In this document: positions 45,397 to 56,006 of the stretch, one piece after another
How positions within the stretch are numbered: the first letter of the stretch is position 1
Layout of the letters: the number at the start of each line of letters is the position of its first letter
Assembly (NCBI GenBank): GCA_023133485.1
Contig: JAGLWK010000038.1
Location: 25,352-89,351, forward strand
Length of the DNA stretch: 64,000 bases
Origin: Bacteroidales bacterium
GTDB lineage: Bacteria; Bacteroidota; Bacteroidia; Bacteroidales; B39-G9
Direction of reading: 5' to 3'
Notes under the pieces: model-generated
Seen by the model: the letters and a program-made list of their open reading frames with translations, nothing else
Databases searched by the model: none
Told to the model about the DNA's origin: nothing
Position numbers and translations under genes: made by a program

Positions 45397-48300
45397 TTAA
45401 ATTAATGGTAGTTCCACGAAAAATTTTGTTCCTTTTCCTATTTCTGTTTCAAACCATATTGTCCCATTAATATTTTCAATAATTCTTTTAACCATTGCTA
45501 ATCCTAATCCCATCCCACTTGATTTAGTAGTAAAATTTGGCTGGAATAATTTTTCTTTCATTAAATCAGGAATTCCAACTCCATTATCAGAAATTTTAAT
45601 AATAGCATTATGATTCTTTTTAAATAATTCAATTACAATTTTACCTTCTTTATTTTTTGGAATAGCCTGAATAGCATTTTGTATCAGATTATTAAAAACT
45701 CTTAATAATTGCTCCCTGTCTGCTAAAACAAACAATTCTTTATGATTATTATAATCAACTAAGAATTGAATATTTTGAGTATCTTCAAATAAAGTAACAA
45801 CATTTTTTATTTTATTTACAACATTTACTTCTTCATGAATTTCTTTTGGCATTTTTGCAAATGCTGAGAATTCTGCTGCTATAGCAGATAAGGAATCAAT
45901 TTGTTCAATTAAAGTTTCAGTAACTTTAATTATACGTTTCTCAAAATCAGGGTCTTTGTCATCCCAAGTACGTTTTAAAAGTTGCACACTCAATTTCATT
46001 GGAGTAAGAGGGTTTTTTATTTCATGTGCAATTTGTTTTGCCATTTCTCTCCATGCAGATTCTCTTTCAGACTTCGCCAGTAATTCAACACTTAATGATA
46101 ATTCTTTAACCATGCGGTTATATTCTTTTACTAAACTTCCTATTTCGTCTTTGCTTTCATATTCAATTGGTTCATTCAATTTCCCGAGTTTTATTTTTTT
46201 AAATTTTTCACTTATTAATTTTAATGGACGTGTTAATTTATTTGAAATAAAAACAGCAATAAACAGGGTAAGAAGTATTAATAAAACATAAATGTTGATT
46301 ATAGCTATAACAATTGTTGACACTTCTTTTTTCAACAAACTGTGTTTTGAAAAATATGGTAAATTTAAGTAAGCTAATAATTTATTTTCATTATTTACAA
46401 ACGGAACATAAGCAGATAAATATTTTAAATTACCGATTGATTCATTGTGAATATACTTGGCTTTTTGTTTGTTGGCAAGTTGAAAATAAGCTTCGGAATT
46501 CATTTTTTTGCCAATTAGCCCCTTGTTAAAAATTTCATCCCGTGAAGTAGTAATAAGATTTCCGTTGATATCATATAAATTAATATCAGTATAAAAAACA
46601 TTTGAGAATTTTATTAATAAGGAAGTTAAATAGTCATCAGGCACCTTATAAAGGTCATCTTCGTATGCTAATTTATGTTCCAACTCTACTAATACTGATT
46701 GTATTCTTTCACTAATATTTTGATAATGATTGTTCTTATATTGTTTTATTATATAATAAACAGTTCCAAAACCTATTAATAATAATGATAAAAACAACAC
46801 GGTAATAATAGCTGTTTGAATTTTGTTTTTAAAATTAAGTTCAAAATCCATGATTTTAGTTACAGAATTTGTAAATAAAAGAACTATTGAAGCCAGAATA
46901 AAAAAGAAAACAAAAACATATGAAAATGATATCAAATAATCTAAAAATCTAATTGATGGTTTACTAAGAATAATTGTTGTTTTTTCATCTAAGTTATAAA
47001 TCAAATGCTCGTAATTATCAAATGTTAGAAAAGCAAATTTTATAGTTTGGCAACCATATACCTTTCTGTTTAAACTATACAGATATTGCCCTGACTGTGT
47101 TATTAATTCGTTGTTTTTATATTTTGCATAAGAGTATTTTCCAATGTTTGAGGCTTTATATAAATTTTTATCAAGTAATAATTCAGGATATCCCAATTCT
47201 TCTGAAATTAATTTGGAATCAAGCTGAATAAATAGTGTTATTTCAGGATGTTTATTTGAAATTTTATATTTAAACTCACCAAAATATGTAATTCTGCCAT
47301 TTTGATTATCAAAAAAGTAAAAGTCAGAATTTGGAAGTTTATATCCATTTTTATTAATAAGTCCATCAAAAAAACCATAACAATATTGCCAAGTATTATC
47401 AGGTTCTAATAATACACTATCGTATGGATTACAAATAGTTAATTGAAATTCATATTTCCCCCAAAAACCAATAAAAATATTTTTTTGTAAATATTTATAT
47501 ATTTCTTCAAAATTAAAATCCTGCTTAGAAAGAAATTTGATCAGAGATTCATTGTCTTCTAATTTATTGTCTATTTTTTCTAATAATAATTCAGCTATAG
47601 GGTCATGTTCTGAAGCAAGATTAATAGCAAGAACTTTACGTGTGTCTTTTTCTTTTTTATTAGTAGTAACTGAAGTAAAATATGCCAGATAAAGAGAAAT
47701 TAAAAGAATAAATAATGTAATTACTGAATATTGAAGTTCTTTTTTATATCGGATATAACCAAGAAATAGAATAAACAAAAACAGAAACAGGGCTGAAAAA
47801 AAATCAAATTTATAACTAATAATATTTACAAGAACAAATACTAAAATTATACTTATAGTTAGATATAAAAAATAATTTTGTAGTGAAATAATCCTGCGAA
47901 TAATATTTATAATAACATCAGATAAAAATACAAATGAAAAAATAAGCAAAGCAATTATTAGAAAACCAATAAAACTATATGTGGTAAGTTCCAGTACATT
48001 ATAAACTTCAAATGATATGCTTGAATTGTAAATCAGGCTTTTAACCAAATAATGAACAATAAGGAAAATACAAATGATAAGAACAAATCCCAAAAATGAA
48101 ATAATCGAACGTTTAATCCCTGAGATTTTCAAATAATTGTCAGGTATAACAAAATTTATCTTTATAAGAATTATTAAAAATAATAACAAAATTGTATTAA
48201 TAAAGAAATCCCCTAAAGATGGAAATATTGCAGAAGCAGCAAAATATCGGGGGTCAAAAACAGATAGTGAATAAAATGAAGATGGAAATCCACATCTTAT

Positions 48301-49071
48301 CATAAAAAATCTAAGCACAAAAAACAGGAATGTTAATATTGCTATTATTACATATTTCTTTTTAGAATTATTTTCATATTTTAGAAAATAATAAACTGAT
48401 AATAAGAATGATAACAGGCTGATACAAAATAATAAAAAAGTAAAATAAAGTGAGCCGGAAATATCTTTAGTTATATCATTTGAAACTATTGAAAACAAAA
48501 ATTCCTTATCTAAACTATAGATTGAAAAATTTTCATTTTCATTTTTTGTAGAAATATCAAATTTATCAGGAATATTAAAATCATTTTGGAATTCATTTTT
48601 TAAAAACTCATTTTCATAAAAATATGATTTCTTAATTAATATCAAACCAACGATAATCCTGTTTTTAACAGTTGTTGATTTAACAACATACCATCCGTTT
48701 TTTAGCTTAACGATTTTTTTATCCAAATCTGAGTCAGAGAAATAATTGTTAACAGGTATTGAATTGTTTGACCAGAATTTTAAATAATTATTTTCGTAAA
48801 TTAAAAAGCATAACCCCTTTTTTTGAAATAATTTCTCAAAGTCATCAATTTCAGATAGTTTGAACGAAATAGTATCTTGTAATTCGATTTTTTTACTTAA
48901 TAAATCAATAATTTTATTTACCCTGTATTCTTTCTTATGAAGGACTTTTGAAAAGCTATAGGTATCAACCGAATATAGCTCAGAATGTAAGCGTTTGTTT
49001 TCAATAATAGTTGCTGCCACAAAAAGAATAACAGCAAATAATAAATAATACTTTGCCTGAAAAAATCTCAT
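45397..49071 (-). CDS. large multi-pass sensor histidine kinase
   Basis: Many TM helices, then HAMP (LTRPLKLISEKF...DEIGSLVKEYNRM), HisKA H-box (IAHEIKNPLTPM), and HATPase N/G boxes (NLIQNAIQA, DNGVGIP, GMGLGLAMV). No response regulator gene is adjacent. Confidence 0.85.
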   Translation of the reverse strand: MRFFQAKYYLLFAVILFVAATIIENKRLHSELYSVDTYSFSKVLHKKEYRVNKIIDLLSKKIELQDTISFKLSEIDDFEKLFQKKGLCFLIYENNYLKFWSNNSIPVNNYFSDSDLDKKIVKLKNGWYVVKSTTVKNRIIVGLILIKKSYFYENEFLKNEFQNDFNIPDKFDISTKNENENFSIYSLDKEFLFSIVSNDITKDISGSLYFTFLLFCISLLSFLLSVYYFLKYENNSKKKYVIIAILTFLFFVLRFFMIRCGFPSSFYSLSVFDPRYFAASAIFPSLGDFFINTILLLFLIILIKINFVIPDNYLKISGIKRSIISFLGFVLIICIFLIVHYLVKSLIYNSSISFEVYNVLELTTYSFIGFLIIALLIFSFVFLSDVIINIIRRIISLQNYFLYLTISIILVFVLVNIISYKFDFFSALFLFLFILFLGYIRYKKELQYSVITLFILLISLYLAYFTSVTTNKKEKDTRKVLAINLASEHDPIAELLLEKIDNKLEDNESLIKFLSKQDFNFEEIYKYLQKNIFIGFWGKYEFQLTICNPYDSVLLEPDNTWQYCYGFFDGLINKNGYKLPNSDFYFFDNQNGRITYFGEFKYKISNKHPEITLFIQLDSKLISEELGYPELLLDKNLYKASNIGKYSYAKYKNNELITQSGQYLYSLNRKVYGCQTIKFAFLTFDNYEHLIYNLDEKTTIILSKPSIRFLDYLISFSYVFVFFFILASIVLLFTNSVTKIMDFELNFKNKIQTAIITVLFLSLLLIGFGTVYYIIKQYKNNHYQNISERIQSVLVELEHKLAYEDDLYKVPDDYLTSLLIKFSNVFYTDINLYDINGNLITTSRDEIFNKGLIGKKMNSEAYFQLANKQKAKYIHNESIGNLKYLSAYVPFVNNENKLLAYLNLPYFSKHSLLKKEVSTIVIAIINIYVLLILLTLFIAVFISNKLTRPLKLISEKFKKIKLGKLNEPIEYESKDEIGSLVKEYNRMVKELSLSVELLAKSERESAWREMAKQIAHEIKNPLTPMKLSVQLLKRTWDDKDPDFEKRIIKVTETLIEQIDSLSAIAAEFSAFAKMPKEIHEEVNVVNKIKNVVTLFEDTQNIQFLVDYNNHKELFVLADREQLLRVFNNLIQNAIQAIPKNKEGKIVIELFKKNHNAIIKISDNGVGIPDLMKEKLFQPNFTTKSSGMGLGLAMVKRIIENINGTIWFETEIGKGTKFFVELPLI

Positions 49072-49150
49072 AGGTTTATTTTTATTTCAAAGATAGTTAA
49101 AATTTTGTTTTAATTGCAAAGCAGTTGATTATCAAGTGTTTTTATAAAGC

Positions 49151-49184
49151 AATTAAAAAATGGAGCATGCTCCATTTTTTAATT
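49151..49184. repeat. perfect 34-nt palindrome
   Basis: AATTAAAAAATGGAGCA|TGCTCCATTTTTTAATT is exactly self-complementary. Lies in the divergent region between the kinase and dnaE starts. Confidence 0.9.
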
Positions 49185-49297
49185 TTTAATAGTTATTAAC
49201 ATCCCGAAAATTTATAAGGTATTTATGTAACTTTACAAAACAATATACTTTAGTTAGATTATTTTTTATCAATCTTATAATCAATATTTTATAAAAT

Positions 49298-52200
49298 ATG
49301 GATGGTTTTGTTCATTTACATGTTCATACTCAGTTTTCAATTTTAGATGGTGCTTCAAATATTCAGGGACTAATAAATAAAATTAAAGAAAACGGAATGA
49401 ATGCTATTGCTATTACCGATCATGGGAATATGTATGGTGTTAAAAGATTTCACGATATTGCGATTAAGGAAGGAATAAAACCCATTATTGGCTGTGAAAT
49501 TTACGTTGCTTCCAAAAGCAGATTCGATAAAAAAGAAAAAGAAGACCGTAGCGGAAATCATTTAATTGTACTTGCAAAAAATAAAACAGGATACAAAAAT
49601 CTTGTTAAACTTGTTTCATATGCATGGACAGAAGGTCATTACTACAAACCCCGTGTAGATAAAGAACTTTTACAAAAATATCATGAAGGATTAATAGTAT
49701 CATCAGCATGTTTGGCTGGTGCAATACCCCGTGCAATAATTAATAATAATATTGAAAAAGCTGAAGAAATAATTTTAGAATTTAAAAATCTTTTTGGTGA
49801 TGATTTTTACCTCGAGTTAATGAATCATGGAATAGAAGAACAAACTATTGTTAATAAAGCTTTAATTGAGTTGTCAAAAAAGCTTGAAGTAAAACTAATA
49901 GCTACAAATGATGTACATTTTGTTAATTTTGAGGATGCTGATGCTCATGATATACTAATTTGTTTAAATACAGGTAAAGATATTGATGATCCAAACAGAT
50001 TAAGATATACACAAAATGAATTCCTGAGAACAAAAGAAGAGATGTACGAATTGTTTTCAAATATTCCCGAAGCTTTAAGTAATACTGTTGAATTAGCAGA
50101 AAAAATTGAAGTTTATGAACTTAATCATGCACCAATAATGCCTGATTTTCCACTTCCTGATGGATTTGAAAATGAAGATGATTATTTAAAATATATTACA
50201 TATAAAGGAGCCGAAAAAAGATATTCTGAAATAACACAAGAAATTAAAGACAGAATTGATTTTGAATTGAGTGTTGTAAAAAAAATGGGTTTCCCCGGAT
50301 ATTTTTTAATTGTACAGGATTTTCTGAATGCTGCAAGAGAAATGAATGTTTCGGTTGGTCCCGGAAGAGGTTCGGCTGCCGGTTCAGTAGTAGCTTATTG
50401 TATAAAAATTACTGATATAGACCCATTAAAATACAATCTCCTTTTTGAAAGGTTTTTAAATCCCGATAGAATCTCAATGCCCGATATTGATATTGATTTT
50501 GATGAGGACGGAAGAGAAGATGTATTAAAATGGGTGGTAGATAAATACGGTAAAAATCGTGTGGCTCAAGTAATTACTTTTGGAACAATGGCAGCAAAAA
50601 TGGCTATCAGAGATGTTGCAAGAGTTCAAAAATTACCTTTGCCTGATGCTGATAAATTGGCGAAACTTGTACCCGAAAGACCTGGTATTACATTAAGTAA
50701 GGCTTATAAAGAAGTTAAAGAATTAAAAGATGCCAAATCTTCTGATAATGAATTAATTGTTAAAACCTTAAAATTTGCAGAAACCCTTGAAGGTTCTGTA
50801 AGACACACAGGATTACACGCATGTGGTGTAATCATTTGCAAGGATGATCTTATTGAACATATTCCATTATGTATAAAAGAAAAAGAAACTAATCTTTTAG
50901 TTACACAATTCGATGGCAAATATATTGAAGATGTCGGAATGTTGAAAATGGATTTTCTTGGCTTAAAAACTTTATCAATAATAAAAGATGCAGTTGAAAA
51001 TGTAAAAATGTCTAAGGGTGTTGATATAGACATAAATAATTTATCGCTAGAGGATGAAAAAACATACCAGCTATATAGTAATGGAGAAACAACAGGTTTA
51101 TTCCAGTTTGAATCACCGGGTATGAAAAAATTCCTTCGCGAATTAAAACCTAACAAATTTGATGACCTTGTTGCCATGAATGCCCTTTACCGTCCTGGCC
51201 CTATGGAATATATCCCAAGTTATATAAAAAGAAAAAACGGTAAAGAAAAAATAAATTATGATATTCCTGAAATGGAGGAATATTTAAAAGAAACATACGG
51301 AATAACAGTTTATCAGGAACAAGTTATGCTTCTTGCTCAAAAGTTAGCGGGATTTACAAGAGGTGAAGCCGATTCGTTGCGAAAAGCCATGGGGAAAAAG
51401 AAAAAGGATATGATGGATAAATTAAAAGAAAAATTCCTTGAAGGCTGTCAGAAAAATAATTATAATAATAAAATTGTAGAAAACATATGGCGCGATTGGG
51501 AAGCATTTGCAGAATATGCTTTTAATAAATCACATTCTACATGTTATGCTTATATATCTTATCAAACGGCTTATTTAAAGGCGAATTTCCCAGCCGAATA
51601 TATGGCTGCTGTATTAAGCAGAAACGTAAGAGATATTAAGAAAATAACAATATTCATGGACGAATGTAAAAGAATGGGATTAGCTGTTTTAGGACCAGAT
51701 GTAAACGAAAGTTATTTGAAATTTACAGTAAATGATAAAGGACAAATACGTTTCGGACTTGCAGCAATTAAAGGTGTTGGTGAAGCACCAGGAGAAAAAA
51801 TAATTAAAGAAAGAACCAATAAAAGTCAGTATAAAGATATTTTTGATTTTATTTCACGTGTAAATTTGCAAAGTGTAAACAAAAGAAATCTTGAAGCATT
51901 AGTAAAATCGGGTGCATTTGATAGTTTTAATAAATTGAAAAGACATCAATATTTTTGTACAGATAAAAAAAATGAATCATTTATTGAAACATTAATAAAA
52001 TTTGGCAATAATATTCAAAAAGAAAAAGACACTGCCCAAATATCACTTTTTGGAGATTCGGGAAATATAGAAATAAAAAAACCTGAAATACCTATTTGTC
52101 AAGAATGGTCAAATATTTATAGGCTGAATCAGGAAAAAGAATTGATAGGAATTTATTTATCAGCACACCCATTGGATGATTATAAATATATTATTAATGA

Positions 52201-52759
52201 TTTGTGCAATTCAACATTATCAGAATTTACTGATTTTAAAAAATTAAATGGTAAAGAAATAACTGTAGCCGGAATAATTACATTAGTAAAACACGCAACA
52301 ACAAAAAATGGCAACCCGTATGGTTCAATTACTATTGAAGATTATACCGATTCATATAAATTGATGATTTTTGGGAAAGATTATCTGAGTTTTAAAAATT
52401 TTTTCACAGTAGGATATTCAATATTAATAAAGGGAAAAGTAAGAAAAAGAAACTATGGTGAGGATGAACTTGAATTCAAAATAAATACTATTAACATGCT
52501 TGCAGATGCAAGAGAAAATCTGGTAAAACATATTTTAATAAAATTACCTTTATCATATCTTAGTGAAGATAAAATTGATGAAATTTTTAAAGAAATTGAA
52601 AAAAACAAAGGTAAATCCGAATTAAATTTTTTAATTTATGATAATATAGGAAAAATATGGATACAAATGTTTTCAAGAACACATCGTGTTGGTGTTTCAA
52701 ATGAGTTTATAGATTATCTTAAAAAATATTCTGAAATTGAATTCAAATTGTCAGAATAG
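49298..52759 (+). CDS. dnaE: DNA polymerase III subunit alpha
   Basis: PHP domain (FVHLHVHTQFSILDG), polymerase core (PDIDIDF, GLLKMDFLGLKTL), and an OB-fold C-terminus. 1153 aa. Confidence 0.97.
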   Translation: MDGFVHLHVHTQFSILDGASNIQGLINKIKENGMNAIAITDHGNMYGVKRFHDIAIKEGIKPIIGCEIYVASKSRFDKKEKEDRSGNHLIVLAKNKTGYKNLVKLVSYAWTEGHYYKPRVDKELLQKYHEGLIVSSACLAGAIPRAIINNNIEKAEEIILEFKNLFGDDFYLELMNHGIEEQTIVNKALIELSKKLEVKLIATNDVHFVNFEDADAHDILICLNTGKDIDDPNRLRYTQNEFLRTKEEMYELFSNIPEALSNTVELAEKIEVYELNHAPIMPDFPLPDGFENEDDYLKYITYKGAEKRYSEITQEIKDRIDFELSVVKKMGFPGYFLIVQDFLNAAREMNVSVGPGRGSAAGSVVAYCIKITDIDPLKYNLLFERFLNPDRISMPDIDIDFDEDGREDVLKWVVDKYGKNRVAQVITFGTMAAKMAIRDVARVQKLPLPDADKLAKLVPERPGITLSKAYKEVKELKDAKSSDNELIVKTLKFAETLEGSVRHTGLHACGVIICKDDLIEHIPLCIKEKETNLLVTQFDGKYIEDVGMLKMDFLGLKTLSIIKDAVENVKMSKGVDIDINNLSLEDEKTYQLYSNGETTGLFQFESPGMKKFLRELKPNKFDDLVAMNALYRPGPMEYIPSYIKRKNGKEKINYDIPEMEEYLKETYGITVYQEQVMLLAQKLAGFTRGEADSLRKAMGKKKKDMMDKLKEKFLEGCQKNNYNNKIVENIWRDWEAFAEYAFNKSHSTCYAYISYQTAYLKANFPAEYMAAVLSRNVRDIKKITIFMDECKRMGLAVLGPDVNESYLKFTVNDKGQIRFGLAAIKGVGEAPGEKIIKERTNKSQYKDIFDFISRVNLQSVNKRNLEALVKSGAFDSFNKLKRHQYFCTDKKNESFIETLIKFGNNIQKEKDTAQISLFGDSGNIEIKKPEIPICQEWSNIYRLNQEKELIGIYLSAHPLDDYKYIINDLCNSTLSEFTDFKKLNGKEITVAGIITLVKHATTKNGNPYGSITIEDYTDSYKLMIFGKDYLSFKNFFTVGYSILIKGKVRKRNYGEDELEFKINTINMLADARENLVKHILIKLPLSYLSEDKIDEIFKEIEKNKGKSELNFLIYDNIGKIWIQMFSRTHRVGVSNEFIDYLKKYSEIEFKLSE

Positions 52760-53080
52760 TTTTATATTTTTAGCTTGAATTATTCGGGTTAAATAATATA
52801 AGGCATGTTCCTTGAATAAAGTTTAGGAACCACGAAGTGCTCAGTAAAGCTAATTAGTGTCTGTCTCTAAAGTCAGAAAAGTTAAGAAATGTCCCGTAGG
52901 GACAAACTATTTATAGCCCCCGATTTTAATCGGGGGTATTGATAATCAACAAAATAGCCGCAGAAAGCACAGCCCAAATTTGAAACTCAAAATTGACATC
53001 CTGCGGAATAACGAAACATTATGGACAAATACTAATTATTCTGATTAAAATTATTTTAATAAATATTAAAATCAAAAGTT

Positions 53081-53398
53081 ATGACAATAGAAGTAAATGA
53101 TTCAAATTTTGAAGAAATTGTTTTAAAAGCCGATAAGCCTGTAATTATAGATTTTTGGGCAGAATGGTGTGGTCCATGCAGAATGGTTGGTCCAATAGTA
53201 AATGAACTTTCTGATGAATATGAGGGAAAAGCAATTATGACAAAAATGGATGTGGATAGTAATCCTGTTACACCTTCAAAATATGGTATAAGAAATATTC
53301 CTACTTTATTATTTTTTAATAATGGAGAAATTGTTGACAAACAAGTAGGAGCTGTTCCTAAAGGTACATTAGCTGCCAAACTTGATGCTATATTATAA
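53081..53398 (+). CDS. trxA: thioredoxin
   Basis: WAEWCGPCR active site. 105 aa. Confidence 0.95.
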   Translation: MTIEVNDSNFEEIVLKADKPVIIDFWAEWCGPCRMVGPIVNELSDEYEGKAIMTKMDVDSNPVTPSKYGIRNIPTLLFFNNGEIVDKQVGAVPKGTLAAKLDAIL

Positions 53399-53420
53399 TT
53401 AAGAAAAATTTTATTTAAAG

Positions 53421-53458
53421 GCATATTGTATTGTAATTTGATGCAATATGCTTTTTTA
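53421..53458 (+). terminator. rho-independent terminator of trxA
   Basis: GCATATTG-15 nt-CAATATGC followed by TTTTTT, starting 23 nt after the trxA stop. Confidence 0.65.
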
Positions 53459-53682
53459 TTTAGAGTTTGTCTATAAAATTAGAATAACACACGATTATAC
53501 AGAACCGTGTAAAAACACAAAATCAAATGACTAACTACGGCATTTCCCGATGTGTCGGGACAAGTTATGCCGTAGAACAAAAATGAAAAAAGCACTGGGC
53601 TTTTAGCCCTTAAAACGCTATATATCAATGGCTAAAGTCCAGTTTGGAGATTGTTTATTTATAATATATAAAATACCTGTAA

Positions 53683-54606
53683 TTGAAAACCATTGTCGAT
53701 ATTGAACAATTCCAGCAATTTGATAATCTTGAATTGATTGCTAAACAAGTAGTTGAGGGTTTTATTACCGGACTTCACAGAAGTCCGTTTCATGGATTTT
53801 CAGTTGAATTTGCTGAGCACCGTTTATATAATAAAGGTGAATCAACTAAACATATTGATTGGAAATTATATGCAAGAACTGAAAAACTTTTTATTAAACG
53901 ATACGAGGAAGAAACAAATTTACGAAGCCAAATAGTTATTGATATTTCATCATCAATGTTATTTCCGCATGATTATAAAGGAATTCAAAATAAATTGTTT
54001 TTTTCAATATATTCTGCTGCTGCCTTAATATATCTACTCAGAAAACAAAGAGATGCTGTTGGACTTACATTTTTTTCAGATAATATTGAACTTCATACCG
54101 GAGCAAAATTATCATTAAGCCATTCCAAATTGCTTTATAGTGAATTGAATAAGCTATTAACTTCTGAAAATATAAAAAGCAGAAAAAAAACTTCTGCATC
54201 TAAAGTATTACATGAATTAGCTGAAAATATTCATAAAAGATCTTTGTTGATAATATTCAGTGATATGATGGATAGTGATAATATTGAAGACCTTTTTTCA
54301 GCATTACAACATTTAAGGTTTAATAAACATGAAGTAATATTATTTCATGTAATAGATAAAAAAAGGGAAACTAATTTTGAATATGATAACAGACCGTACA
54401 AATTTATAGATTTAGAGACCGGTGAAACTGTAAAATTTAATCCAAATGAAATAAAATATAATTACAAAAAATTAACAGGTGAATTTTATAATAAAATAAA
54501 ACTAAAATGCGGACAATATAAAATTGACCTTATTGAAGCAGATATTAATTCCGACTTTAAGAATATTTTAATTCCTTATTTGATTAAAAGAAAAAAATTG
54601 TTTTAA
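53683..54606 (+). CDS. DUF58 domain protein (vWA-like, MoxR-associated family)
   Basis: GLHRSPFHGFSVEFAEHRLYNKGESTKHIDWKLYARTEKLFIKRYEEE is the DUF58 signature. TTG start in the ORF track. Confidence 0.8.
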   Translation: MKTIVDIEQFQQFDNLELIAKQVVEGFITGLHRSPFHGFSVEFAEHRLYNKGESTKHIDWKLYARTEKLFIKRYEEETNLRSQIVIDISSSMLFPHDYKGIQNKLFFSIYSAAALIYLLRKQRDAVGLTFFSDNIELHTGAKLSLSHSKLLYSELNKLLTSENIKSRKKTSASKVLHELAENIHKRSLLIIFSDMMDSDNIEDLFSALQHLRFNKHEVILFHVIDKKRETNFEYDNRPYKFIDLETGETVKFNPNEIKYNYKKLTGEFYNKIKLKCGQYKIDLIEADINSDFKNILIPYLIKRKKLF

Positions 54607-54639
54607 TCCCAAAATTCAATAATCTAATTAATAAAAAAA

Positions 54640-55767
54640 ATGAACCCAAAAATTGTAGTACTTGGTGCCGGATTAGTAGGAAATGCAATCGCGATTGATT
54701 TAAGTAAAAACTATAATGTTACTTCTGTTGATATTCATGAAGATGCTTTACAAAAACTTAGTAAAACCCATAATATACAAACTTTAAATGCCGACCTGTC
54801 AATGGGTGGTATTGTTCAGACAATAGTGAAAAACTTTGACCTTGTAATTGGTGCTCTTCCGGGTTTTATGGGATTTGAAACTGCAAAACAGGTTATCGAA
54901 GCAGGTAAAAATATGGTAGATATTTCATTTTTTCCTGAAAACCCGTTTAAACTTGACAAACTCGCAAAGGAAAAAAATGTTACCATAGTTACTGATTGTG
55001 GGGTTGCTCCGGGAATGGGAAATATTATTCTTGGTTATCACAATGAAAAAATGGAAGTTAAAAATTATAAATGTTTTGTTGGGGGATTGCCTTTTAAAAG
55101 AGAATGGCCATACGAATATAAAGCGGTTTTTTCACCTATTGATGTTATTGAAGAATATACAAGACCTGCAAGATATGTTGAAGGTGAACGTTTAATAATC
55201 AAAGAAGCTCTTTCGGATACTGAACATATTGACTTTGAAGAAATAGGAACACTCGAAGCATGGAATTCGGATGGTTTAAGAACTTTAATCGAAACCATGA
55301 ATATTCCAAATATGATAGAAAAAACTTTAAGATACCCGGGTACTATTGAATACATTAAGGTATTAAGAGAAAGTGGATTTTTTTCTTATGATGAAATAAA
55401 TGTTAATGGTAAAAAAATCAGACCTATTGACTTAACTGCCAAATTGTTGACAGATAAATGGAAATTAAAACCAAGAGAGAGAGATTTTACGGTGATGAGA
55501 ATTTTTATACATGGTTTGGAAAATAGTATTGAAAAAACTTATAGCTATAACTTGTTCGATAAATATGACAAAAAAACCAATACTATTTCAATGGCAAGAA
55601 CAACGGGTTATACATGTACTGCTGTTGCAAATCTTATACTGAATGGCAATTTTAATAAAAAAGGAATATGTCCGCCCGAATATCTCGGTGTAAATGAAGA
55701 AAATTTTAACTTCATTATAAATTATTTAAAAGACAGAGGGGTTATTTATAGAGTAAAATCAGAATGA
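54640..55767 (+). CDS. saccharopine dehydrogenase family NAD(P)-binding oxidoreductase
   Basis: Rossmann motif VVLGAGLVGNAIAIDL. The central CGVAPGMGN and overall length match the saccharopine/lysine dehydrogenase-like family. Confidence 0.75.
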   Translation: MNPKIVVLGAGLVGNAIAIDLSKNYNVTSVDIHEDALQKLSKTHNIQTLNADLSMGGIVQTIVKNFDLVIGALPGFMGFETAKQVIEAGKNMVDISFFPENPFKLDKLAKEKNVTIVTDCGVAPGMGNIILGYHNEKMEVKNYKCFVGGLPFKREWPYEYKAVFSPIDVIEEYTRPARYVEGERLIIKEALSDTEHIDFEEIGTLEAWNSDGLRTLIETMNIPNMIEKTLRYPGTIEYIKVLRESGFFSYDEINVNGKKIRPIDLTAKLLTDKWKLKPRERDFTVMRIFIHGLENSIEKTYSYNLFDKYDKKTNTISMARTTGYTCTAVANLILNGNFNKKGICPPEYLGVNEENFNFIINYLKDRGVIYRVKSE

Positions 55768-55804
55768 TAATAAAAAAATATAGTTTTTTATTTATAATTT
55801 ATTA

Positions 55805-55820
55805 TTCGTATCATTACGAA
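55805..55820. promoter_or_regulatory. TTCGTA-N4-TACGAA palindrome, site 0
   Basis: TTCGTATCATTACGAA, with perfect 6+6 half-sites. Lies upstream of the arsR-like operon and is separated from it by an inverted-repeat element. Confidence 0.35.
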
Positions 55821-56006
55821 CACAAAAACTAAACTGATAAAATATCCATAATTAATTTTTAAACATCTACTTGTCAGTAGATAAGCACAGGGGAACTTAG
55901 TGTAACGATCTCATGAATAAAGTGAATAATGATTATTTTTGCAACAAAACCCTAAATAACAGAATATCAGTTAAATAGCAAAATACAAACAAATAAAAAA
56001 AGTAAA

